Source: a virus
Virus record (IMG/VR): IMGVR_UViG_3300042453_004661
Span: 60,586-124,585 of that record
Length of the DNA stretch: 64,000 nt
Strand: one strand, 5' to 3'
The notes below the pieces were generated by a model, which searched no databases, had not been told where the DNA came from, and worked only from the letters and a program-made list of their open reading frames with translations. Position 1 is the first letter of the stretch. The number at the start of each line of letters is the position of its first letter. Positions 1-10,420 of this stretch are shown one piece after another. Position numbers and translations under genes: made by a program.

Positions 1-1
1 C

Positions 2-1237
2 CGGGAAGGCTGGAGAGCATCCGATAGCCCAACAGAAATGCCAGAACACTCGAGGGAATACTGGGAAGGAAGAGCAAAACCCACTATCACACAAATGAGG
101 GCCAGTAAAGGAACTGGAAGGCAGGCCGGAGATATTGTTAAGCTCGGGTCTCTTGATGCATTTAGTGACAGGATTCAAAAATACCCACAGGCCCATAGAT
201 ATATTGCAGATCTAGTTGCTCAGCATGGTGGGGATACCCAAAAGATCGTATCCCAGATGATGGCCGATAGATCAAATGGAAAACTCCCCGATGATCATCC
301 AATGCAAATTGGCGTAGGCCTTGGATCTAAGACTTCACGATTTGCCGTATCAATGATGGGCGGAGGCCAATCTGTTGTCCCTGATACCCATTTTGTAAGG
401 CACATATTTGGACTTGATTCAAATACGGATTCAGATACAATCCACTATCTCAAGAATGTTTTGTGGAAATACAAAAATCATCATATTTTGAACTCATTGG
501 ATCAATTTTACAGAGAAAATCATCCTGCCGTAGATTTTGTCAAGAATGCATACTTTGGCGGTAAGGATGATCCTCATTCGGTATTTCCGGCATTCTGGCT
601 ACACTGGCTAGGCATTTCTCCGCACGAAAGAGAACAAGGGATTGGCAAGCCAGAAGGGGCCAAAAACATTAGCGATCATACTCCTTACTTCGACACCGCA
701 AACGAGATCCTTGATAGGCATGGGCTTGGAAATATTATTACCAAGTCCGAAGACGAGGAAAGACCACTGGTTCATAGAACTGCAAGTGCAGTTCATGAAA
801 TTGCCGAGAAGCTCGGAACATCTTTTGCTTCTATGATTTACTACTCCCATATCGTTCCTAAGCTTTTGGGAGAAACAACAGAAGATCATCATACGCATGC
901 GATAGATGTAAATAAAGCCAAAAAAGTTCTTAAGCTTGCTAAGAGCCTGCTTATGGAAAAAATTGGTCAAATGACTCACAATACCCAGCCACTCTCTGTT
1001 GGGCATGATGTTTTTCAAAAAGAACTAGAATCTATCATGGGCGGATTCTCTGTTGACAACGGAGGACTTAGGTCAATGAATGACAAGAAAAAGTCTGAAG
1101 ATCGTTCAAATTCATTGAGTCAAGTTCCCAAAAAACACAGAAAGAAATTTGAAAAAGCGATGGACGAGGCCAAAAAGAAAGACAGCGTGTATGGCAGGCT
1201 CGTAATGCTTAAGTCCAAGATTAAGGATAAAAAGTAA
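2..1237 (+). CDS. 5'-partial protein with HhH-GPD (EndoIII/Ogg-like) DNA glycosylase motif; possibly virion-associated
   Basis: The frame is open from nt 2 (REGWRASDSPTEM...), so the gene probably starts upstream of the window. GVGLGSKTSRFAVSMMG...VVPDTHFVRH resembles the HhH G-x-G-x-K plus catalytic D-x-H motif. Confidence 0.5.
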   Translation, partial: REGWRASDSPTEMPEHSREYWEGRAKPTITQMRASKGTGRQAGDIVKLGSLDAFSDRIQKYPQAHRYIADLVAQHGGDTQKIVSQMMADRSNGKLPDDHPMQIGVGLGSKTSRFAVSMMGGGQSVVPDTHFVRHIFGLDSNTDSDTIHYLKNVLWKYKNHHILNSLDQFYRENHPAVDFVKNAYFGGKDDPHSVFPAFWLHWLGISPHEREQGIGKPEGAKNISDHTPYFDTANEILDRHGLGNIITKSEDEERPLVHRTASAVHEIAEKLGTSFASMIYYSHIVPKLLGETTEDHHTHAIDVNKAKKVLKLAKSLLMEKIGQMTHNTQPLSVGHDVFQKELESIMGGFSVDNGGLRSMNDKKKSEDRSNSLSQVPKKHRKKFEKAMDEAKKKDSVYGRLVMLKSKIKDKK

Positions 1238-1239
1238 AT

Positions 1240-3459
1240 ATGCCAGTAATCACGGTTGCATCAGTAACGCCAGCCACGATAACAGTTCCAGCTACTTCTC
1301 CATTTGCTGTAGGGCCAGATGCTATTGTGATTAAAGATCAATTCATGACTTACGAGTCGTATAATTCAGCCACTGGCTTATTTGTTGGCGTAGTGCCAAA
1401 TCCAATTAGCCTTGGCGTAACTGTTGGCGATGTGATTGAGCAGGCTACCCAGGAGCAAAAAAGAGTCAATTCAGCCTATGAAAGACTGCTATCAAAGTTT
1501 CCTAAGAGATACCAAGTCAAGGGCACAAAGTATCTAAAAGCTTTATTGCAGGCATTGGCTAAGGGCGACGGGTTTATCGATTATGAGGTTGAGGCCGTCA
1601 GGGATAATCTTCTTGTGATGTCAGCAATCGGTAAATATCTAGATCGATTGGCTGGGCAATACGGCGTAGTCCGTGGCCAAGGTAGTGGCGTTCAAGATCC
1701 TGACTTCAGAAAGCTTGTTCCATTGGTCGGGATGAGCCCAAAGCAGATCACAAATATCCTAAATAAAGTTATCGATGTTGTATATGGTCCTTTTGCTTCT
1801 CATGCAAATGTTACCTGTTCTTTACCGGAGCCATACAATTTTCAAAACGGATGGAGCTTGCTACTTGTCGTTGACGGCAGAGAGACCCAGGTTAAGTTTC
1901 AGTCTTCAGACTTTGCTTCTATATCAAATGCATCTGCCGAAGAAGTCGCCAATATCATTACCCAAAGAACAGATGGAAAAGTTACGGGCCAAGTTATTAC
2001 GAATGTAAGGACTGGGGAAAAGTTTGTCAACATCAGGACATCAACGGTAGGCGCCCAGGGCTTTATCCGGGTGTTGGGTGGGGAATGCCAAAGCAAGATG
2101 AGGTTTCCAATAATTCGCCCCACCATCATGAGTAGTGCGGTATGGAATGTCGTCCGGGTTGGTGGAACAGACGAAGTCGAATTCCAGCTAGTTTCTGGTC
2201 TTTCTCCTGCCATGAAAAATGCTGGTGTTCAAGCTGGAGACTATGTCACGATCAGGCCTGATTCCGGATTCAATGTTGCAAACGCAGGAAGCTTTGAAGT
2301 AACCTACGCCGACAACAATGTATTCAGAGTCAAAAACCCTACCGGAGTTCCAGAGTCTGGGATCACGAATGTAAATATGGATGATTTTACATTCTTCCAG
2401 TCTAGAACAGCCAATATTCTCCTTTCAAGCAGGCCTGCCACAGTTATCGAGACTGCTCCGAATGAGCTAACTGTTATCTTGCCAGTGACTTCGCCTCTCG
2501 TTAAAAGGACGCTGAAGGGATCTCACCATTTGCGTGGCGGTCTAACAAATTGCATCTCAGTCACATCCAATACTGTTGAGCTTGGATCTTCTGCAGAGTT
2601 TCCTGCAGACGGAGGTTGCGTCCAGCCTACATCTTCCAGGAATACGGCAAGAGGTATTGTTTCAGCAAAAACATCTACCACGATTAGCCTTATTTCAGCA
2701 GAAGGGTGGCCGACCCGTGGCGCTGTGTGGTCCCAGGTAACTGGTGATTTTTATTACTATTCTGGAATATCTGGCAACACACTTACTGGCGTATCTCCAT
2801 CTCCGCCTAACTCAATCATCAGCGGAGAGTGCAAGTATTCGGAAAGATATTCTTTTACAGCGATTTCAGGCAACACTTTGACAGGCGTCTATCCTGATCC
2901 TGTTAATCTACTTAATAGAGAGGTAACACAAGGATCGTCCCAGCTCGTAGATGAATACGAGGGATCTTTCTTGTATGATCTTTCTGCTCCTTTTATCGGC
3001 GCCTCAGAAAACACAACAATATCAGAACAAATTGATCAGGGATCTGCCAGGACCGTAATCCAGGTAGGAAATGTATCTGACTTCCCGGACAAAGGATATA
3101 TTGTGTTCCGCTTTGGTGAAGACGGGCAAGAAGGCCCGGTTCGGTATCAGGCAAAAGTAGGAACAGAAGCTTTAGTTATTGACCCTGGTCATGTGTTCAA
3201 AAATACACACCGATCTGGGGCAGGAATAAGACTCGTAAGGAAAATCGGGTCATACATACCTAGAGCAACGGGAGATGATCTAGCTGTCTATCTGACATCT
3301 ACATCCCCTGCTAGGGATCTAATCGCAAATTACCTAAGAAGCATCGCTGCATCCGGAGTAAAAGTAAAGTTTGAAATTAGAATTCCTGACCAAAAATGGG
3401 AAGTATTGCCTAATCTATACACGACCATTCCGCTCGACAATAGCCTAGTTCCACCCTAA
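1240..3459 (+). CDS. Putative baseplate wedge protein
   Basis: AIGKYLDRLAGQYGVVR...DPDFRKL and C-terminal 'LRSIAASGVKV' resemble contractile-tail wedge proteins; first gene of the tail cluster. Confidence 0.55.
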   Translation: MPVITVASVTPATITVPATSPFAVGPDAIVIKDQFMTYESYNSATGLFVGVVPNPISLGVTVGDVIEQATQEQKRVNSAYERLLSKFPKRYQVKGTKYLKALLQALAKGDGFIDYEVEAVRDNLLVMSAIGKYLDRLAGQYGVVRGQGSGVQDPDFRKLVPLVGMSPKQITNILNKVIDVVYGPFASHANVTCSLPEPYNFQNGWSLLLVVDGRETQVKFQSSDFASISNASAEEVANIITQRTDGKVTGQVITNVRTGEKFVNIRTSTVGAQGFIRVLGGECQSKMRFPIIRPTIMSSAVWNVVRVGGTDEVEFQLVSGLSPAMKNAGVQAGDYVTIRPDSGFNVANAGSFEVTYADNNVFRVKNPTGVPESGITNVNMDDFTFFQSRTANILLSSRPATVIETAPNELTVILPVTSPLVKRTLKGSHHLRGGLTNCISVTSNTVELGSSAEFPADGGCVQPTSSRNTARGIVSAKTSTTISLISAEGWPTRGAVWSQVTGDFYYYSGISGNTLTGVSPSPPNSIISGECKYSERYSFTAISGNTLTGVYPDPVNLLNREVTQGSSQLVDEYEGSFLYDLSAPFIGASENTTISEQIDQGSARTVIQVGNVSDFPDKGYIVFRFGEDGQEGPVRYQAKVGTEALVIDPGHVFKNTHRSGAGIRLVRKIGSYIPRATGDDLAVYLTSTSPARDLIANYLRSIAASGVKVKFEIRIPDQKWEVLPNLYTTIPLDNSLVPP

Positions 3460-3478
3460 CCTTAAAGAGGTAAAATAG
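3459..3478 (+). promoter_or_regulatory. Candidate phage late promoter ACCTTAAAGAGGTAAAATAG (copy 1)
   Basis: The identical 20-mer occurs at 63487-63506. Both are intergenic and precede structural-type genes; SD aggag follows here. Confidence 0.55.
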
Positions 3479-3494
3479 TAACAGGAGTAATTAA

Positions 3495-6400
3495 ATGGCC
3501 GTACTACAACGGGTCGCCCTATACCCCAACGAACGATTAGACATACCCGATGCAAGATCTCTTGAAGGATTCAGTTTAAATGACTGGAGATTCTTCATTA
3601 AGGGGATCATGGCTGGCCAGTCCTATGTCATTCAGGGATTCGAAGTATCCAACTATGCTAATATCTTCTTGGTCCCGGGATTCAAGCTTAGGCTAAATAC
3701 GGTTGCCCTGCTCCACCCAAATGCAACTAGCCAGGCTGCAGGATTTTACATTACAAACGGGCAAGAGCCTGATGCTACCGTTACGCTATCTTCAAATGCC
3801 GTCAATTATGTCGAAGCTGACATGACGACACTGTCCGGCACTCCTGATGTCCGGGCATTTTGGGACCCAGGCGCAAACTCTGGAGCTGGCGGAGAATATA
3901 CTGATACGATTGATACCGTTATCAATCTTCAACTTACGGTTGCGTCGAATGTTTCTGGATTTACTTCTGGAAAAATCCCTCTATATAAAGTTACCACAAA
4001 CACATCCGGTGTGGTAACTTCTTTAACAGATTGCCGTCCAATGTTTTTCAGACTTGGTACTGGCGGAAACTCTCCAGATCCTTTTGCTTCCTATGCATGG
4101 CCTAGTTTGCCTAGCGCATCCAAAGCTCGTCAAGAGGGTGCAGTAACAGTTACGACTGCCACCACAAGCAATGCGCCATTCCAGGGTGGCGATAAGAACA
4201 TCAAGACACTCAAGGAGTGGATGGATGCGGTCATGACCGTCATCCGTGAGATCAAGGGCACTACCTATTGGTACACTGGCACTACCGGATCTCCTCTTGT
4301 TAATGCATACCAGAACGCAGCTCTCACTATCCTCCTTGGCGGTACGCTTAAACAGCTAGGCACAACAAGGATTGTAAAGAATGTCAGCTCATCAACTGTT
4401 TCGGTTGATATCGGATCTATATTTGATGTAGGCCCCAGCTCTTTTGTTCACAACACTACGACATACACCTATAGCTCATTCTCTTCTGCTACTGGGGTAT
4501 TCAGTGGGGTTAGTCCGAATCCCGTTGGAAGCATTACCGTAGGAGATGCTATTCGTCAAGGTCCATATGGACACCTCCAGCTTCAAGATGGATCGACCGT
4601 CTATAGGATGGGTCGTACATTTAACAATTCAATAGCTGCATTCAGCGATATTGATTTGTCCCCTTTGTCCCAGAGAAATCTATATATTATTCTTCCGGTT
4701 GCCGATGAAAATGCCGTACATGGATTCGGTGACGATGGCGCAACTCCCGTTAAGCCAAAGCTTGTAACTGCTGTCTCTTCAATTGATATCAATGTCGGTA
4801 CTGGCGGTAACTATGCCTCTGGCGGTGGCAAGATCCTTATCCGTGGCACAGAATTTACATACACATCTTATGTTCCTGCCACTGGGCTCTTTTCTGGAAT
4901 TAGTCCAGATCCTACTGGTGTTGTTCAAGTTGGCGATACAGCATACGCCTGCCCGAGTGGAGGCGTGGGGTATTTGCATGTATCTTCAAGGGATCAGATT
5001 CCTGGCCAAACAGGCGCAATATCCGAAGGAGCAGAAAGGGTATTTTGGCTCGCTGTTTATGACGGCGTAAGCACTATCAGGACTCGAGACGGTGCAGTTC
5101 AGCCGGGAGAGGTCATCCAGGTAGGTAACAACGATACCACAAATATCATTCAGTATATTGGATCTACTGGTCCATCCGATAACTTCCCGGTTTATAATGT
5201 CTTGTCGATTCCAAACGGAACAGACCTTACAAATGCAATTAGGGTTGCATTTGAAATTATCGAGACACCAATCTACGACGAGACTGTTACGGTCCCGATT
5301 GAAGATGTCGCTCTTTACTGGCCTGCTTCTGCACCAGTCGATGGTCCGGTTATCGATGCAACAAACAAGGCATTCTCTCAAGGCTTTACATCTTTAGGCA
5401 ACTTTAGTTTGGGGTCTATCAAGTTCAAGGCTCGAGAAGTAGGCGCACCAGATGCTTTTTATATTTGCGAAATTAGGGATAATATTGGCGGATCTCCTGG
5501 CCCAACAGTATTGGGAACATCTACTCTATTCCAGGCAGGAACCCTTACAGCTCCATTTAGCGATGTTACTTTCTATTTCCCCACCCCGGTCTCCGTAGCT
5601 AACGGTCAAATTTACCATGCAGTAGTAAAGGTCCAGGGGTCGCCTCTTGTTCTTGACGCATCTAACTACAGTATTTTTGGGGTCGGCGCATCTAATCCAT
5701 ATGCTGGTGGCCAAGCCTTCAGTTCTACAGATGCCGGGGTAACTTTTGCTCCAGATACATGGGACCTACATTTTTATGCCCAAGACGATTCTGGCTTGGC
5801 TCCGCTAGACATTACAGGCCTCCCCCTCAATACCAAGACTCTTTTGCCGGGATCATACAATGTTGGCACAGACGCTCTTGTCGTTTATGTCGATGGCGTA
5901 CTCATGGAGCCAAATCAAGATTACACAGAATTTAGTACAAACTCCATCAGATGGCTTAAACCTGTTACTGCTGGAGGAAGGATTAGGTTCAGGATTGGAA
6001 ATATCGGCGGAGCAATGACTTCGCTCTCCAGTGGCTCCCTACAGAGTGCCTATGACTCTGGAAGCAATATCAATACTACTCCAGGAAATCCTGTCACGAT
6101 CTTGGCAGCTACAGGAAAAGCCTTGTCCGTTCAAGGAGATATGGAAGTTACTGGTCTAATAGATCCGACTGGTATTCAATTTACCCCAGTTCCTTCTAAT
6201 CCATTCCCTACAGGCCAGATCGGTATCTGGGTCGATTCAGACGATGAGCTATTGCGCTATACAAAACAAACTGGTGAAGTTGTAAATGTAGGCGAAGTTA
6301 TTGAAGATCTCGGCGGTAACTCACAGCATCTTTCGAGAGTTAAGCTTAATAATTCTGGCGCCACTATCCCTTCTGGCTCAGCCGTATGCATTAAGTCTGA

Positions 6401-6698
6401 TGGGTCAATAAGCCTTGCTGACGCAGATGATCCTGCTAATGCTATCTTTTTTGGGATTACAGCAGAATCAATTCCTCACGGATCTTCTGGGAAAGTAATT
6501 TACAATGGAGTTGTAGCAGGAATATTGACCGGATTAGGGCTTACTAGCGGTACATACCTGTGGCTATCTACCACTCCAGGCCAGCTATCTACTTCGCCCC
6601 CCACGACTCAAGGCTCTTACCTTGTAATTGTTGGAATAATTGACGGAAATGATCTAATTATACAAACTCAGGTAAGTGGACAGGTAAACGGATCTTGA
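3495..6698 (+). CDS. Baseplate/tail fibre attachment protein, multidomain (1067 aa)
   Basis: Gly/Thr/Ser-rich beta modules, SLQSAYDSG motif, C-terminal DUF2190-like domain; SD aggag upstream. Confidence 0.55.
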   Translation: MAVLQRVALYPNERLDIPDARSLEGFSLNDWRFFIKGIMAGQSYVIQGFEVSNYANIFLVPGFKLRLNTVALLHPNATSQAAGFYITNGQEPDATVTLSSNAVNYVEADMTTLSGTPDVRAFWDPGANSGAGGEYTDTIDTVINLQLTVASNVSGFTSGKIPLYKVTTNTSGVVTSLTDCRPMFFRLGTGGNSPDPFASYAWPSLPSASKARQEGAVTVTTATTSNAPFQGGDKNIKTLKEWMDAVMTVIREIKGTTYWYTGTTGSPLVNAYQNAALTILLGGTLKQLGTTRIVKNVSSSTVSVDIGSIFDVGPSSFVHNTTTYTYSSFSSATGVFSGVSPNPVGSITVGDAIRQGPYGHLQLQDGSTVYRMGRTFNNSIAAFSDIDLSPLSQRNLYIILPVADENAVHGFGDDGATPVKPKLVTAVSSIDINVGTGGNYASGGGKILIRGTEFTYTSYVPATGLFSGISPDPTGVVQVGDTAYACPSGGVGYLHVSSRDQIPGQTGAISEGAERVFWLAVYDGVSTIRTRDGAVQPGEVIQVGNNDTTNIIQYIGSTGPSDNFPVYNVLSIPNGTDLTNAIRVAFEIIETPIYDETVTVPIEDVALYWPASAPVDGPVIDATNKAFSQGFTSLGNFSLGSIKFKAREVGAPDAFYICEIRDNIGGSPGPTVLGTSTLFQAGTLTAPFSDVTFYFPTPVSVANGQIYHAVVKVQGSPLVLDASNYSIFGVGASNPYAGGQAFSSTDAGVTFAPDTWDLHFYAQDDSGLAPLDITGLPLNTKTLLPGSYNVGTDALVVYVDGVLMEPNQDYTEFSTNSIRWLKPVTAGGRIRFRIGNIGGAMTSLSSGSLQSAYDSGSNINTTPGNPVTILAATGKALSVQGDMEVTGLIDPTGIQFTPVPSNPFPTGQIGIWVDSDDELLRYTKQTGEVVNVGEVIEDLGGNSQHLSRVKLNNSGATIPSGSAVCIKSDGSISLADADDPANAIFFGITAESIPHGSSGKVIYNGVVAGILTGLGLTSGTYLWLSTTPGQLSTSPPTTQGSYLVIVGIIDGNDLIIQTQVSGQVNGS

Positions 6699-6807
6699 TA
6701 ACTATTTGATCTGTATTATCTTTGTCAATTAGACCTAGCGTCTAAGCTGATTGCTCTATAATGTAAATACAATTTAGGCCTATCATCGAGGCAACATAGG
6801 GGGCAAA

Positions 6808-9800
6808 ATGGCTTTTATCAAAACACTCAAGTTTCTCAACGGGATAGTCACAGAGATTGACTTATCCAATGATTCATTAGTAGCTAAGTCTATAAAAGTT
6901 GGCGGTAATTCCGGAACAGAATTAACGAAAGCCGCGCTAGATACTCTCGTATCTGGGCTTTCTGAAGCTTCTGGCTTACACAATCACAATTCGATATACT
7001 TTTCTAAATCAGAGTTTATTAACTCTACCTTTGGCGCACCTGATGCAGACAAGCCAGTAAAGTCAAATGGATCTGGAAGAATCTCAGCCTCTTTCCTTAA
7101 CTACTCGGGATTTGCCTCCCACTCTAATCTTTCTAATCTTTCTTCTGATGATCACACCCAATACCATACCGATGCCCGTGGTGATATTAGGTACTTCACA
7201 AAATCTGAATTCATCAATTCTTCAGCCGGATCTGCAGATGCAAATAAGCCAGTAAAGACAAACTCATCCGGTAAAGTTGACCCCTCTATGGTCGATGCCG
7301 GAGCTGTTGACCACAATTCCCTTAATGGACTTCAGGGCGGTGTAGCGTCAGGCGGTGGCGGTGGAATAATCGTTAATTCGCTCCCAGAGCCAACAAGTAG
7401 TACATATCAGCTTAATGTCACGACTGCTGGATTGGGCGGCTATACTATTGGGTTGAATTCTGTAACGGCCTCTCCTCTTCAAAGATTTACGATGTCCGGC
7501 GCATCGATCTCTCAAGCCGTCTTTGCATACAATAAATCCGACAATTCATCAGTTCCACCATTAGCTTTTTATGAAGCAGTAATCTATAAGCTCTCTGGAA
7601 ATTTAGTTGAAGGAATGACTACAAGTCCAGATCCAGCAAATGTAAATAATCCAGTAGCTATATCTAATCCGATTTTAGTTTCTTCGGTCGAGCTTGGGAC
7701 AGATAAAAATATTACATTTACATTTAACTCCATGGCGTTGGAGGATGGGCAAGATTATGCGCTTGCCATGAGGCTTCAAGTTCCAACCGCCGATCTTAAT
7801 TTTGCATCGGCAATGTCTACAAGAATCTTCCTACAAAATATTGCAGGAAGATCAAGTGATCCTGGAATCCTGCAAAGTTTTGGATATTGGTATTTAAGCA
7901 CTCAATTTAGTAGCATTTCTTCTTACCCATACCTTAAAATAAAAATTGAGGGACCAAGCTCAGAGTATTATCACCTTTCCGAAACCCAGCACTCTACTCT
8001 CACTGGCGGATCTGACGCTTCTTCTCTCCACAATCACAATACTCAATATTACACTAAGAGCCAAGTAGACACTAGCCTATCTGCTAAACCAAATTCTACC
8101 GCAGTAATGTTGCTCAACGGCACTCAGGCCATGACAGCAACTATGGATCTTGGCGGTAATCGTATTACAAATCTTGCTTCGCCATCTGGATCTTCTGACG
8201 CAGTAAGAAAACAAGATCTTGATGATCTTGATGCCTTAGTGTTTAAAAAAGACGGATCAGTATCTGCTACCGGAGATTTTGACCTAGATGGAAACAAAAT
8301 CATCGGATTGGCAAATCCAACAAATGATACGGACGCTGCAACTAAGGGTTATGTAGATAACAAGATTACCGGGGTTTCTTGGAGACAGCCTGCTCGTACA
8401 ATAAACATTGTTTCAACCAGCCTTCCTACTGGAACTGGATATTCTCATGACGGAATTGTGCATGTCAATGGGGACAGAGTGCTATTTACTGGCCTTTCTT
8501 CTCCTACAGCAAATAATAAAGTCTACAAGCTTTCTGGAGTTGGATCTTCAATTACTTGGTCAGTTGAAACTGATGGCCAAGCAGGAGATGGGTCTCCAAC
8601 AGACGGCGACGCTATCTATATTCAAGAAGGCACTACCAACGGAGACAGCCAGTGGAACTATAACGGAAGTGCTTTCGTTCAGTTCTCTGGAGCTGGACAG
8701 ATTCAGGCTGGCGTAGGTCTTTCTAAGTCTGGTAATACTATTAGCGCCAATCTAGGTGCTGGTATTGCGGAGCTTCCTACTGGAGAAATTGGCGTAGATG
8801 TCCGTTCTTCTGGTGGGCTAATGCTTACAGAAGATGGCATCATGTCGTCTACTGCCTCTGCAGCCCAGCTTGCAATCAGGTTAAATGGATCTAGCCTAGA
8901 TGTCTCGAGTAATGGTCTAAAAGTATCTGATTCCGGGGTAGATACATCTCAAATTGCAAATGGTGCAATTACTACTGAAAAACTTTCTGATGGGTCTGTA
9001 ACCTCTTCCAAGCTTTCCTCAAGCGCTTCTGTAGATGCAGACAGGGCTGTTGGCACAGATCACATCAAGGATAGTGCAGTAACTGCTAGTAAGATTGCTT
9101 CTAATGCGGTAGATGAAAACAAGCTCGCCTCATCAGTTGCCGGAAGCGGTCTTTCTGGCGGAGCAGGATCTGCGCTTTCTGTAAATGTAGACAACACTAC
9201 TATTGAAATAGCTTCTGATCAATTACAGATTAAAAATGGCGCAATTGATAGAACTAAAATTGGTGTAAATGCTGTTGGTAGTTCAGAAATTGAATTTGGC
9301 ACAGGTCCAAGCCAAGTAAATGCTAGCAGTCTTCCTATCGTAGATTCCGCAGGGGTTCTTTCTGCCACTACAGTAGAAGATGCACTTGCCGAAATTGTTG
9401 CAAGTCAAATTATCAGATCAGAAATGTCTGGTGAGGCAATCTCTGTTGGGGATCTAGTAGCAATCCGTCGTGATGCAAATGGATATGAAAGAGTGTTCAA
9501 AGCCAGTGCGGCTTCGTCTGGAAACCAACAATTTGCCAGCCGTATTATCCAAGATCTTACCTATACCTCTAAAATCTATTCTGGTAATGACATAACCATT
9601 AACTATATCAAGCCAGTCAGCATAAATCAGCCATTGGTTGTTTCTGTTGTAGACAGAGCTATCACGGTCTATCTTGCTACTGACGGATCTGCAGCCGCTA
9701 CCTCTACGGCCTCTGATATCAAAAGTGCAATCGAAGCAGATGCTACTGCAAATGCTCTTGTAAGCATCTCTGTTTCTGGTACTGGATCTACTATTCAGGT

Positions 9801-10122
9801 TTCTACCGCATCATTGCCCTTGCTTGGTGGAATGAGCTATAACGACAATGGTCGTTGGGAAGTATACGGAATGGCACTTGAGAGCGCCGGATCTGCAGAT
9901 GTCTTTGTCAAAGTAAAGATCTCTGGAAAATTGATGTGTAACTTTGTTACCGTACCAGCCTCTTCAGATATTGGCAAATCCGTATTCCTTTCTATCAATA
10001 GTGGATTAGCCTCGCTCTCTGTTCCTTCTGCTCCGGGGGATGCTGTCGTATACCTTGGAAGGCTAGTTTCTGCAAATGAGGTAGAATTTAGGTGTACCTC
10101 CTTGAGGGGTGTCTTAGGATAA
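6808..10122 (+). CDS. Long tail fibre-like protein (1104 aa)
   Basis: Fibre motifs DDHTQYHTDARGD, GNRITNLASP..DAV, DAATKGYVD, AG.GLSKSGNTI and AVTASKIA repeats. Confidence 0.7.
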   Translation: MAFIKTLKFLNGIVTEIDLSNDSLVAKSIKVGGNSGTELTKAALDTLVSGLSEASGLHNHNSIYFSKSEFINSTFGAPDADKPVKSNGSGRISASFLNYSGFASHSNLSNLSSDDHTQYHTDARGDIRYFTKSEFINSSAGSADANKPVKTNSSGKVDPSMVDAGAVDHNSLNGLQGGVASGGGGGIIVNSLPEPTSSTYQLNVTTAGLGGYTIGLNSVTASPLQRFTMSGASISQAVFAYNKSDNSSVPPLAFYEAVIYKLSGNLVEGMTTSPDPANVNNPVAISNPILVSSVELGTDKNITFTFNSMALEDGQDYALAMRLQVPTADLNFASAMSTRIFLQNIAGRSSDPGILQSFGYWYLSTQFSSISSYPYLKIKIEGPSSEYYHLSETQHSTLTGGSDASSLHNHNTQYYTKSQVDTSLSAKPNSTAVMLLNGTQAMTATMDLGGNRITNLASPSGSSDAVRKQDLDDLDALVFKKDGSVSATGDFDLDGNKIIGLANPTNDTDAATKGYVDNKITGVSWRQPARTINIVSTSLPTGTGYSHDGIVHVNGDRVLFTGLSSPTANNKVYKLSGVGSSITWSVETDGQAGDGSPTDGDAIYIQEGTTNGDSQWNYNGSAFVQFSGAGQIQAGVGLSKSGNTISANLGAGIAELPTGEIGVDVRSSGGLMLTEDGIMSSTASAAQLAIRLNGSSLDVSSNGLKVSDSGVDTSQIANGAITTEKLSDGSVTSSKLSSSASVDADRAVGTDHIKDSAVTASKIASNAVDENKLASSVAGSGLSGGAGSALSVNVDNTTIEIASDQLQIKNGAIDRTKIGVNAVGSSEIEFGTGPSQVNASSLPIVDSAGVLSATTVEDALAEIVASQIIRSEMSGEAISVGDLVAIRRDANGYERVFKASAASSGNQQFASRIIQDLTYTSKIYSGNDITINYIKPVSINQPLVVSVVDRAITVYLATDGSAAATSTASDIKSAIEADATANALVSISVSGTGSTIQVSTASLPLLGGMSYNDNGRWEVYGMALESAGSADVFVKVKISGKLMCNFVTVPASSDIGKSVFLSINSGLASLSVPSAPGDAVVYLGRLVSANEVEFRCTSLRGVLG

Positions 10123-10130
10123 GGTGACAA

Positions 10131-10418
10131 ATGGCTCTCATACTTAAATTAGTAGATGGAATTCCCTTCATGGTAGATATATCTACCGGAGGCGTTAGCT
10201 ATGACGAAGAAGAACTACTTACTTCGCCATTGGTTGCTAATTCCAACTATACTATTCCAAATTCAAAAACATACAATTTAGGTCAGTATGATCTTCAGGT
10301 TTTTGTTGATGGTATAGCTCAAAGGGTCGGAACAGACTATCAAGAAGTCAGCACTACACAAATTAGGTTCCCCGGAAAAATGATCGAATCCGGCCAAAGA
10401 ATAAGGATTAGGAGATAA
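10131..10418 (+). CDS. Small virion structural protein
   Basis: LQVFVDGIAQRVGTDYQE module is shared with neighbouring tail proteins. Confidence 0.55.
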   Translation: MALILKLVDGIPFMVDISTGGVSYDEEELLTSPLVANSNYTIPNSKTYNLGQYDLQVFVDGIAQRVGTDYQEVSTTQIRFPGKMIESGQRIRIRR

Positions 10419-10420
10419 AA

